Positions 13,251 through 25,748 of a stretch of DNA of 64,000 nucleotides are shown here, one piece after another. Source of the stretch: Gnetum montanum. Taxonomy: Eukaryota; Plantae; Gnetophyta. Made by a program: the position numbers and the translations under genes. Location of the stretch: contig MNCI01003186.1 of NCBI GenBank assembly GCA_015680685.1, forward strand, positions 1,019,570 through 1,083,569, read 5' to 3'. A model generated the notes under the pieces. That model was not told the DNA's origin and searched no databases. It saw only the letters and a list, made by a program, of their open reading frames with translations. Numbering within the stretch: the first letter of the stretch is position 1; each line of letters begins with the position of its first letter.

Positions 13251-13754
13251 ACATGGACCATTTTGGAGGAGGAGGCTTTGAGTTGCTTAACCTTCTTGAT
13301 GAATGTCTAAATGAGTTGGAAAGCTTGGTCCAAGCTTGGGGTGGGTGTAGTGGGCCACACTGGTTCTGTTACCTATTGTGTTACTTGAGTGGCCCATAGC
13401 CCCATTGTGGGATACTTAACCACATGAGATTCTTATTGCATATGCTATTGCACATACTATTGTGTAGGCTATGCCATGGGCATAGAGGCTAGGACCTACC
13501 ACATAGTTGTGGCTTGTGCCATTGTAGGGGGTGTTAATGGAATAGGCAAAATGTATGATGCCTAAGCCAATGGAAACTAGGATATTTGCATAGTGTGCAT
13601 GTAAGGTTGCGTGGACATGATGGATGTCAATATGAAGGATTGCATAGACCATGTGAACATCATGAAGGGGAGGGTGTTAGATGGTCCTAGACCCTGATGC
13701 GTGTGATGTACAAAGGTTGGGGTGAAAAATGGTCTTACAACCTGCTATGCATAC

Positions 13755-14721
13755 TGATGAGATGCGATCTTGCATGCACCACGATATCGCATCCCATGAG
13801 ATATTGCGTACGTGATATCACATCATCCCTTGTGATATCGTGGTCCACCACCAAATCTATAAATAAGAGGTGGCACTCCCCTCATTTTCCATCCTAGGCT
13901 AGAAGTAGCGAAGCTCTGGAAGTTTAGTCACTCTAGAGATAGAATATTTTCCATGTGCCCGCAGTAGGAGTCCCCAAGTGAATGGTTCTTTATTAGAGCA
14001 GCTTTGTACCTGAACGTAAGTTGTGTACAACAATAAAGAAGAGCTTTGTGGATAAACCTTGTAGTGCATGGAATAGGTTTATTACATGTTATTTCCTACC
14101 TATTATCTATTACATGCATTAGCGCGGCATGAGTATGACTTGGTTACGAGCATTGACGAATGTGTACCACTAACCAAGGAATTGGCTACTCATTGCGATT
14201 AGACTCTCTCACCCTTATCTCCTAGAATGTGGCATAAGTACGACTTGATTACGAGCATCCATGGATGTGTACGACTAGTCAAGGAATCAGCTACTCATCA
14301 TGCTTAGGCTAGTTAGGTGCCTCATTACGACCACTTCGAGCACATGCGTTACGTGTGGTGATCCCAGTAACGATTAGCATTTGGTAGCCACAGTTGAATA
14401 GTTTAGGGTATGTACGGTAAGTGGGAACAAATGCTGACGCTAGTTAATTTAGAATTAGGTCCTTAGTTAGAGTTAGTTAATTTCTGAATCCTTCACCCTT
14501 TAACATAGGAGATAAAACCATAAAAGACCAAAAAAATCATATACCTTGGACTTACTTAACCATACACCATGACAATAACAAATAAGTTTGGGAAGACAAT
14601 GAATGATTAACCCCAAGTGTTCCATGGGGTGTTTAGGAATTTACTCTATGGAGTTCAACCAGATCGTGCATGCTATGCTCGTTTCGTATGGTTGAGTGTA
14701 GGGGTACCTCACCACTCATCA
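13755..14721 (+). repeat. 5' LTR of element B
   Basis: Matches 19163-20142. TATA (CTATAAATA) at ~13857 and AATAAA at ~14032. Confidence 0.93.
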
Positions 14722-14722
14722 T

Positions 14723-14740
14723 TGGCGTCGTTGCCGGGGA
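14723..14740 (+). promoter_or_regulatory. Primer-binding site, tRNA-Asp type
   Basis: TGGCGTCGTTGCCGGGGA next to the LTR end; the Athila-type PBS is TGGCGCCGTTGCCGGGGA. Confidence 0.9.
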
Positions 14741-14859
14741 TTAAGTATTTGTGCACTGAATAGAACATAAGGGATATCACTCACATCGTTGTGAGCCCTA
14801 AAAAACCTTCAGGTTAATAAAAAAAGCTTATATAACGGTGAAATTAGCACACTGATTAA

Positions 14860-17324
14860 AAATTCCTTCTTCTCATAAGAGAAACTCACCACCTAAGGAC
14901 CACACACGAGATAGTCGGCAAGATAAAAAACATAACCAGAATCAGCCAAGTCTTAAGCAATATAAGATGACATATACTCATCCTGATGAGTATATTCCTA
15001 ATTTTACTTTTGTTCTCCATCAGGATGAGCAACTGCGGTGGAGATATTTTCAAGGTAACATTGTGTTACCCCTAGATCGATCAATCTCTCACATGCTTTT
15101 CCGTGCCTTGACATAGATAGGCATGACTGAGCTATACGCTGAATACGTTGCGGAAGATTTTGACATGAGGGATTATTATCCCACAGATGCCCAACTTTTG
15201 AGAGACTTAAGGTAGGGGAGCCAACATACATTGTCGAAGGGCAAGGCCCCGCACGTCCTTAGCAAAATAGAATATGAGGAACCCTTTATCATGGGTTCTT
15301 TAGCAAAAGATGTCCCCCCTCCTAACGATGGTGAGGAGGATGGGTATCAGAACCTATGATCAACGATACATATCCCTGGTTTTGATGCCCATGAACACCA
15401 GCTGTTCACAGAGGGAACAACCACTCATGCTAAGGAGGGCACTTTGATCGTCACCACGATCGGGGCCGTAGTAGCCGAAGAGAAGGCAAGAAACATCGTC
15501 ATGGCGATGGTTCCCCTTCTTCTTCCACTTCTTCACATCACTCATCCTCTCCTTTCACATCTAGGCACAATCACCATGAACATAAAGGTGAGGATAAAGG
15601 TAAAAAGGATGAAAAACCTCGACGGGAAAGTTGGGAGAGAGGACAAGGGCAAGGACGTAGGAAGAGTAGGGAACAACGCAGACATCACAGGCTTCATGAA
15701 AGAGATGATCATGATGAGCTCCTACTCGCAACCCGAAGTATGCTTGACATAATGGAGGTAGTTAGGATTCTCACAAGGCATTTAAAGGATAGTAGGATCA
15801 AACGGTTAGACATGAGCAACATCCCACGGTTTGAAGATGGATACAATGCTGATCCGCAAAATCATTTATAGGAATTCCACGATGCCTATGCCTTGTAGAA
15901 TTTAGATAGTGAGTGGCCGAAACTTAAGTTGTTCCCAAGGATACTCACCAAAGAAGCAGAGAGCTGGTACTAGTTCTTAGAACCGGAAACCATCAGGAGG
16001 TGGAGTACGATGCTAGAACTGTTCAACAAAAAGTATCAAACGTACTCTAGAGTGTCCAATTTGCGTAAGCAGATCGAAGGCTAGAAGCAAGGTACACACG
16101 AACCCTTGGATGCTGCCATGGCTCACTACTACACATTGTTACATCGTTGCCTGGGCCATGGATACACTCAGCGGGATCAACTTCGCCACATCATGGATGG
16201 GCTAAGGAATGAAACTCGAAGAACCCTTGGGACTTATGCCCAAGGGAGACTCTCACAACTTAGAGCTCATGAAGTACGTAGTTTGTTGGAGCAAGTAGGA
16301 AATGAAGAAGGTGAGCTACACAAAAGGGAATGTGCGGAAGATTATAATCGTGATCCCTCCCTTCAAAAGAAGGGTGTGAAATATTGTGATGAAGAGGATG
16401 AGTTAGCAATCGAAGAGTTGGTGAATCAAAAAAATTTTCCGATCCAAAAGTTGACAACCGGGGTATTGGCCAAAGTAGACCAAATGTGGAATTCCTTAGA
16501 CTCAAGAATTGAAATAGTCTTGAAAATTGTAGAAGAGTCTAAGGTAGAACAAAGTAGTAATAAAGGTAAGAAAAAGTGGAGAGATTTAATCTATTTGCAG
16601 ATCACTGGAAATGAACCACATAGGGATCTTTTTGACTCAGGTTCTAGAGTCAACTTAATTTCACAAGAGATGTATCACACCTGGAACCTGCCCCAACTCA
16701 AGAAGAGCAACATTCAACTAGAGCTAGCAGACCAGTCCATCACCATTCCCTTGGGATTGGTGGAGGACATCATCACCACTATGTGTGGTTGGTCTTACCT
16801 AGTTGATTTTCTAGTGATTTAAGTGAACAACAACGAAGGGGACTTATAGATTAATGGGAAGGGCATGGCTAAGTACAGTAGATGCATGCCTTAGGATCCG
16901 TGATCTTTCCTTGGAAATTTCTAAGATCAACATATGTGGAAAGATCGAGAAGAGGAAATTTCCATGCATCACATACAGTGATTCATCGGGTGATGACATG
17001 GAGGAAATGCCTCCATGTAACAAGTGTGCCCAAGAAACCTTGAACCAAAGATGCCTGTATGTAGCAACCACACAAGAAGTAGTAGACACCCCGTGGTTGA
17101 CAGCTAGAAGGAGTAGAAAAATGTGCATGGAACGAACTGAGGAAACCCATGCCCATAATGAAGGAATAGACACATTGAAATATGAGCATTGCCAACTTCC
17201 ATCCTTTAACCTAAGAACATCAGTTGGGAGAAGTTGGGCACTTCTACGAAATTCAAACAAACGCTCATTATTTTGGATCTCTCCCTTACAACTCAGTCAT
17301 GGGGGAGATGGCCACCTATGCTGA
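14860..17324 (+). pseudogene. gag: Gag-aspartic protease of element B (stops and frameshifts)
   Basis: IPRFE.GYNADPQ.HL..F, LFPR.LT.EAESWY, protease FDSGSRVNLI and IQLELADQS...PLG.VED...DFLVI...MGRAWL. Confidence 0.85.
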
Positions 17325-19162
17325 CCATATGGGACCCTCAGTTCTTTTAAGTTTTTATTTTACACATTTTTGTTTTACCAATTTCTTTAACTTTTCTCAT
17401 TTTTGTTTTACAAGATCGTTATACTTTTTTAATTTGTGTGTGTGTGTGTGATCCACCCTGTAAGTTTGTCCCATAATAAGCATTCTTCATGATGGTATGA
17501 ACTGTTTTCATATTGATTGCTAATGTTTGGTTTATACCTTTAAGTCACAATGTTGATACTAAGGTATGTTTCTTCTGATATGGCAGGCAATGAGCTCACT
17601 TCATCCATCCATCCATCAATTTCTATGGTTTCTCTCAGCTTGGAAATGTACAGTCACTTTCTAATAAGAACTTTAATGAATCAGTGATTGGAGATTTCTC
17701 ATACTAAGGAAGGACTCATGGATTGAAAATGGTGTGACTTCAAAGGAACTTGATGCTTTTGTGTTGGTCATTCTCTTGGGTGCTTGAATGTTTCTTCTTG
17801 AGTTCTCTTGCCATTCCGATGTTACCCAATTATCGGGAGCTGAGACAATAAAAATGAAAATTCTTTGCATGGTGTGGTTCTCATGCATAAAAACATAAAA
17901 CCAAAAAAAAACCAAGGATTCAAAGCACACCCCTTAGATGAATAAACTTGGGCTACAAGAACTGGTTATGGAACCAAAAGTGTTCCCTCTAACTACGGCC
18001 CTTCTCACTTCCCATTCTCTCCTTTGTTTCATCAGAATGGTGGTGGCTCTTGGAGTGTGCATTCCTGTTGCCTAAGTGGATGGTTTAACTGAATGCATTG
18101 ATGTGAAGTCACTGGATGTGGTTGATTTGAGGCTGGAGTTGGAATGACATTTACCAAGTCACATTAATCATCAAACACACAAGGGGCTATACACCACCTT
18201 GTTCTTGGGATTCCATTCCATTTCTCTTCTCTCCATTCTTTTCTCCATTGTTCACCTCATTGCTAGTTGTATCATTAGTGTATATATTTTGGCCAATGCA
18301 TTGATTTCTTTTTGGTAAATTCTTGTGGTTAAGACTTTAACTCTTGTTCCAAATGACATTCCCATGGCCTACGAACTCTTTGAATGTGGGTTTGTCAGGG
18401 AATTAAGGGCATGAGCCTGCTTTGGGAAGGACCCACTAACATTCCTATTGGGAGCCTTAGTTAAATTCTTTCCCTTAACATTTTTGCAATTAAATTTATT
18501 TTGTTCATTTCCATCTTGACATCCATTTCATCAGTTCCATAGTTGTCTTTTTTTATCTATCTTTCTTACTCTTTTTCTTTCTCCATTCTAATGCTATCAG
18601 AGGTTTACGATTAGTCATGGGGGTATGGGGCCTGATTTTTTCAATTTTCTACTAGCCCTGAAATTTTTGATTTTCTTCCTAACCCCTACACCTTCGATAG
18701 TCATCAGTCACATATTTCCATATCCATATCAGCCATACCACAACCTAGCCAATGAGTTTACACCGAAGCAATGTATCAATTACATGATGATTCAATTACC
18801 CTTGCTAATATATGATTGTGTTTTATGTACAGATGATGGAGATGCAAACAATGGATTGGATCTAGAGAAAACACTTGGAGTGAAGCTGTGCTAGATGCAG
18901 TGATGCAAGGAGCAAGATCGATGGTGCACTTATGGATGGACAACGAAGGCATAATCTTGGCATTGGCAGCAGCCAACAAAGGCCTGATGTCATTGTAATA
19001 AGGTGTTCACCCTTGTTGTCATGAACACCAGTTTTGTCAAGTCTTGTAATAATGATCCGTTCACATGTCATTCCATTAGTTCTATTCCCGTCAATAATTC
19101 CATACCTACCTAATATTATTGTAAGGAACTCGAGGACGAGTTTTCATTCAGTCATGGGGGTA

Positions 19163-20142
19163 TGATGAGACATGATATCACATGCACCGCGATATCATGT
19201 ACGCGATATTGTGGCCGTCGTGATATCGCGTCGTCCCCTGCGATATCACGTACACGATATCGCAATCCACCGCCAAATCTATAAATAAGAGGCGACACTT
19301 CCCTCATTTCCGATCCTAGGCTAGAAGTAGCAAAGATTTGGTAGTTTAGTCACTCCAAAGATAGAATATTTTCCATGTGCCTACAGTAGGAGTCCCCAAG
19401 TTACGATTCTTTATTCGAGAAACTTTGTACCTGAATGCAAGTTATGTACAGCAATAAAGACAAGCTTTGTGGATAAACCTTGTAGTACATGGAATAGGTT
19501 TATTACATGTTATTTCCTACCTATCATTTATTACATGCATTAGTGCGGTATGAGTATGACTTGGTTACGAGCATTGACGAATGTGTACCGCTAACCAAGG
19601 AATTGACTACTCATCGTGATTAGATTCTCTCACCCTTGTCTCCTAGAACATGGGATGAGTACGACTTGATTACGAGCATCTACGGATGTGTACGGCTAGT
19701 CAAGGAATCAATTGCTCATCATGCTTAGGCTAGTTAGGTGCGTCAGTATGTCCACTTTGAGAACATCCATTACGTGTGGTGATCCCAATAACAATTAGCA
19801 TTTGGTAGCGATAGTTGCATAGTTCAGGGTGTGTACAATAAGTGGGAATGGATGCTGACACTAGTTAATTTAGACTTAGGTCCTTAGTTAGAGTTAGTTA
19901 GTTTCTAAACCCTTCACCCTTTAGCATAGGAGATAAAATCATAAAAGACCAAAAAAATCATATACCTTGGACTTACTTAACCATACACCATGATAACAAT
20001 ATGTAAGTCTAGGAAGACAATGAATGATTAACTCCAAGTGTTCCATGGGGCATTTAGGCATTTAGTCTACAGAATTCGACCGGATCGCACGTGCTACGCT
20101 CGTTTCGTATGGTTGAGTGTAGGGGTACCTCACCATTCATCA
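19163..20142 (+). repeat. 3' LTR of element B (PPT AGTCATGGGGGTA at 19150-19162)
   Basis: Direct repeat of 13755-14721, preceded by a purine tract. Confidence 0.93.
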
Positions 20143-22959
20143 CATATACTTGATGACTTACCATCATAAGAATTAACCTAGGAGGTAACAAAGGAGGGAT
20201 GAAATTAGAGGTAGCCTACTAGAAGGAGGTGTAAAAGGGATTCTCATTCTCTAAACAAGCCTTGAACTGATCTTGCCCATCCTGTAGGGGCTCCCTATAG
20301 TCAATTGCCACATCATGCTCATTTGACCCACTTAGTCAAATGAGTTGGTTGAGTAGCCATCGAAAGGTCTTGATGATTATAATGAAATTGTTAGGGGTAG
20401 GGAAGTATTGCCTCCCATTCTAATGTATGGTTTCGTAACCTCGTTTGACATTCATTTTGTGGTAGTCTAAGGATAGGTCCACTTGGACCTTTGTGCAAAG
20501 GAATCTATATTTTTCATCATGAAGTACCATGTACTCAAGAGGTCGGTTGTGTATTCTGAGTGATTGCCTCTCCACTAACATAGACCCTTTGACCTCAAGA
20601 AGATCAATTGTGATCTCTTGTTGAATAGGTTAATTAACAACTGTACTTAGGATAGAGGTCAAGGGCTACTCACAATTCATGATGCTACATTGAAAATGTA
20701 AACGTTACAAATGCTAAAAAAAATCAACTAAGTATAGAAATGCTAAAAAAATGGCTAAGTAAGAAGATGCTAAAAAATGCTAAAAATGGCTGTCTAAAAA
20801 TGCTACTAAAAAACACTAACACTAGTGTGCTACACTCACTACATTGAAGCCTACTATGCTTTTACACTAAGAGCCATATATCCTCCCCCTAGCACATAGA
20901 GTTTTGGCTAAGAGCCAAAGATATTCTTTGGCTTTCGTCCAATAGGGTTCTAAGGGAATCAATAACTAGGTTCAATCTACACCAACTGACTTGTATATAA
21001 CTCTTGCACTAGCCTATGATAGAAATACTACTTTGGTAAGTCCACAAGGGTGTCAAGTCTACGCAACCCTGAAGCTAGTAAAAAATGTGTAGAGAACACA
21101 TGGGACTACCACTAAATGTAAAAGGAAATGGCATGGGCTTCCTTGTAGCACTAGAAAACTATAGTGACTGAAAACATTAATGGATGGAATAGTCATGCCA
21201 AGGAGTCCATAGCCACAGTACAACCCTAACCCCACCCCTATCTAAAGGTTCATCACTTGAGGGAAAAAATGAAGGCAGACTGCCCAAGACAGTCTTATTG
21301 ATTGAACCAAGACTTATAGAGCATTTCAAAGAACAAGTGCTAGGGGTTCACATCATGCTTGCAGTCGTACTAGGGCCAACTAAGCCTGAGCATAGTAGGG
21401 TTTCCTAGTATGAAAATGATAATGCAAATGTACAAATACATGAAAAATAGTAAAAGAAATGTGAGTGTGATGTTAAATGCCAAAGAAAATTCTTAAAAAT
21501 GCAAATGAGTTTGAGAGACAAAGAATGGTAGCACCACAAATGGGGGGAGCATTTTAATTGGAAAAGAGAGATGAGGAGTTATGCAGTATATAAATGAGCA
21601 TACTAGGCAATGCAATCACAGTCTCTGAGGTGTCTAGGCTATGAAAATTTTATTCATTGTGAGGTATATGCCTATTGGGTTAGCTACCATGGTTGCTCAT
21701 GTGGGCTATGGTGAGCAAAGGTGTCCCAAAATTTTTCTAGAATGCTAAGGATGTTGAAGTGTAAGATTTCCAATGCTAAGATGCCAACCAAAATGCTTCA
21801 AAATGCCAATCCCTAAAATTTAAAATTTAGGGGTATTTATAGGATAAGGGTAGATGTAAAATGTGGATCAGGCATCACATGGTAAAAGGGGTTAGTGAGG
21901 ATATGTTGACCTTAGTTATGATCACATTTGAGTAATTGGTGCTACACTCTAGTATGCTCTAATGGATCCCAAGAGACTACCAGAATGTGACTACACTACC
22001 AAAAATATATATGCCAGAGTTGAAAAGACTGTGATGTACATACAATAGTGAAAAACAATGCAATTTGGAGGCTACACTTTGAGACTATGCTCTCCCGTCT
22101 CTTGAGTGGAGGAAAAATTTTGGGAGAAATGGTAGATGAAAAGGAAATGCAAGTCATTGATCCTGCTTGTCGAAGGAGTGCTAGAGCCGAAATGGAGGCT
22201 GATGCTTAGCTCTAAAAAATTTTGGAGGCTATCTTCCATTGCTATGCTAGCTACATTCTGGAGCATAATCCAACAGTTGGGAAAATTTTGCAAAAATTGA
22301 AGTCCAATGATAGATACACTAGCTATGCTCTAGAGTGTAGTAGGAAGAGTGAGAGTGTAGCATTGACAGTTAGAAAAAATTGGTGAAACTTACAGTCTTC
22401 ATCTAGGCTATGTTGGCTATGCTCTAGAGCATAGTAGGAGGGGTAGCCTTAGAAGCTAGAAAATTTTCCAAAATGCTCCCTCCATGCTAGGCTAGCTTGA
22501 CAACTTCTGGCTTGACACTTTGGAAAAAATGGCCACTGAAGTGCATGCTACACTAACTACACTTTGGAGTGTATCAAGTAGAATGAGAGCATAGCACAAT
22601 GAGTAGAAATTTTTTACAATTGTTGTCAACACTTAGAAAATATTGCAATTCTAGTTCTATGTTGCATGCTACGCTAACTATAGTCTGGAGCATAGTCCAA
22701 ATAGTGGAAGCATGGGCCAAACACTTAGAAAATTTTCCTTATGTTGACTTGGAAAAATATACCATTAAAGTGCTATTGCCCAAATTTGGTGGTGTTTCAG
22801 TTACAATATTTTCTAAGTGCTTGCAATAGGAGTCAAGGATTGTACACATTCTTATTCAAGAACTAATGTACCTGGACACATTAATGTGATAACAATAAAG
22901 ACAAGATTCTTGAAATACCTTGCAACACTTCGAAATAGCTTAATATTTACTTTTATGCA

Positions 22960-23451
22960 CTTTACTATTTATGCACTTTTACTTCATGTTCTTAGTTAAA
23001 TAAATAATTAATGGGCTTAATTAAGAAATGTAAGTACGACTACCTTGAGCATAACGTTAACACTTGGTAATCCTAGCAATGCTATCACTTGGTAACCTAG
23101 TAGCATTATAATGAGTTCAGGATGTGTACAGAAGGTGGGACCAAATTCTTATGTTAGGAAATATACTAAGGCATTAGATAGTTACTTAGATTAGTTTCCA
23201 ATTGATTACCTTATGTCATCCTGAGGATAATTAAATAAAAATATAAACCTAATGCAAATCATGTATCTTGGCTCCACTTAACCATATGCTTGCACTTACA
23301 CAACTATAGTCAAGAAAACAATGATCACATTTGTATATCACTATCTTTTCTATCGGCATTTGGAAAACTAAAGTCCATGGAATTTGACTGGATCACTAGT
23401 GAATGCTTGTGATTCATATGGTTAGGTGTAGGGACTACTTGCCGCTCATCA
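22960..23451 (+). mobile_element. Partial LTR of the Athila-like family
   Basis: Ends GGTGTAGGGACTACTTGCCGCTCATCA, the family LTR terminus. Confidence 0.75.
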
Positions 23452-24907
23452 TACTTGAAGAAAAATCACTGAGACTAATCGAAAATAAGCTAGAACAACT
23501 TCATCAATCAATATGCCATGCCTTCTACGATATGCAGAAAAATCACAAGTGTATGCACAACCATTTGAAGAGCATCTCTACATGAAACATCCTAACAAGC
23601 CAGGCCTTCTCAAGCCAAAACAACATGAGATAGCAGTACACAAGCATTACCAAATACCATCCGAAAAAACCATAACCCATGCTAACGCAAAATTTAAACA
23701 AAACAAAAGAGATGTGCAACTCAAACTCTGACATAATAATAGGATGCCTCTTCAACATCAACAAATCCAAGAAATATCATTATGTCTCAAGAATAGAGCA
23801 ATCCTTTTTTAGATGTCCAATCTCATGATAGTGCTAGCATCCTAGTCTCTTTTCTTTTTCATTTGTTTTATCCATCAATGAGAACAGAAACAAGACACTT
23901 TTATCATCTTGTAAACATAGCTCCCACTAAAATAATTTGCATAGAAATAAAACAAAATAATATGAAAATAATACACCCTATAATACCTTATGTTCCACCA
24001 ATAACAAACATTACATAACTTAACCTTGCTCAACCTTGCTCTCGTACCACTTGTTACTAGTTAAATGTTGTGCAAAAGTCATTATTCAAAATATTATTAG
24101 CACAATAATAACATAACAAGAGGGAAATAAAACTTGCAAAATAGAGTGAGAGAGAAACAGTGGAGATAAAGAGGAAAGTAACTTTTCAAATTTTTACAAC
24201 ATCTTTAAGATTACAAATATACACAAAGATCACAAGTCAGTTGTTTCTACACAAGTGATCACACACTCTCAACTCACTCACCATAATGAATCCAAGACAG
24301 ATTTCAATAGGCACATCCAAGGTTACAATAATGAAAACAATCAAGAATATGTGTCTTAAATTTTTAAGATATCTTTTAACTCTTGCTTTCATATTTTAAA
24401 AAATTCTAAAATAGATAAAAGTGAAGTTCAACACCTGTTAATTACTATAGATTTTTTTTTGCATCTCTGACATTTATTAGACCATATCATCAGAAAATTG
24501 TGCATTTTTGAACTTGGCTAAAATTGCAATGATATTGGGGAAGATTGAATTTAGCTCAATAGATTTTTAAATTTTCCATAAAATATAGAGCCAGGAAGCC
24601 CTTTCAGGATTCTTTCATAGTTTCATGCTACAAAAATTTTGGTTGTACGATTCCGATGGAAGAGTTTAACATCTGGAGAGAAATTGAAATCCTAGAATGG
24701 TCTATCACTGATGTTAAATTCTTAGAGGTGAATATATTTAACTATTTTATTAAAATTTCTACTTATATATCCCCTCAAAGTCATTTCATTAGATACATAG
24801 CGACCTCTAATTATGAAGCTGCAACATCTTTGGCTCTATCTATTCTTAAACTGTTATAGGACACAGCAGTAAAAGAAGAACTCAATTCTGAAGATAATGA
24901 AACCCTG

Positions 24908-25723
24908 TTATGAGTGGCCAGGTACCCCTACACTCAACCATATGAATACAAGCATGCATGCGCAATCCGGTCGAACTCCGTAGACTAAATGCCTTAACGC
25001 CACAAGAAACACTTGGGGTTAATCGTTCGTTGTCTTCCCAGGCTTGCTTGTATGTGTCATGGTGTATGGTTAAGCAAGTCTGAGGTATGTGATTTTTTTG
25101 GTATTTTNACATAACGCAAGTGCTCAAAGTGGTCATACTGAGGCACCTATTTAGCCTAATTGTGATAAGCAGCCGATTCCTTGACTAGCCGTACACACCC
25201 GTGGATGCTCGTAGCCAAGTCGTACTTATCACACGTTCTAGCCTAGCGATGAGCAGCCGATTCCTTAACTAGCCATACACATTGGACTACCACTGGGATT
25301 ACCAAGTGCAGATCCTGGAATATGCTACTGGGTTACCAAGCAGCCAATGCTCGTAGTTAAGTCGTACTCATGCGTTGCGACGAGCAACCGATTTCTTGAT
25401 TAGCCGTACACATCTGTAGATGCTTGTAATCAAGTCGTACTCATGCGCACTAGGAAAGCAATAAATAACAATGAAATAAAACTATGTACTGCAAGGTTTA
25501 TCCAATCAAGTTCATCTTTATTGCTGTAAACAACTTGTGTTCAGGTTACAAAGTTGCTCGAATAAAGAGCCGTTCACTCTAGGACTCCTAGTACGGGCAC
25601 ATGGGAAAAATTCTAACTCTGGAGTGATCAATCTGCCAGAGCTTTGCTACTTCTAGCCAGGATTCAGAATAAGGGGAGTGCCGCCTCTTATTTATAGATA
25701 TGGCAGCGGACCGCGATATCGCG
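24908..25723 (-). repeat. LTR of element C (lacks ~30 bp of its U3 end; N at 25108)
   Basis: Aligns with 41711-42553; homology stops at GATATCGCG 25723. Confidence 0.9.
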
Positions 25724-25748
25724 TACAAGAACTCCATCTTCTCTTGTT

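Larger units (their letters stand above)
13755..20142 (+). mobile_element. Athila-like non-autonomous LTR retroelement B (full length, 6.4 kb)
   Basis: Paired LTRs with TGATGA...TCATCA termini; TSD CATAC/CATAT; tRNA-Asp PBS; PPT; gag-protease; no RT/RH/INT motifs seen. Confidence 0.93.
12210..22799 (-). mobile_element. Tat/Ogre-like Ty3/gypsy remnant interrupted by element B
   Basis: gag at 12.5-13.25 kb. A long LTR-like region at ~20.9-22.8 kb begins TGAAACACC on - and shares TATA context (CCTATAAATACCC) and CTACGCTA-type repeats with the solo LTR at 55789-57359. Confidence 0.6.

Noticed and set aside
13754-13762. Hammerhead core CUGAUGA at the LTR start (retrozyme)
   Set aside because: TGATGA is simply the LTR terminus and the C belongs to the target site; no matching GAAA and stem arrangement was seen.
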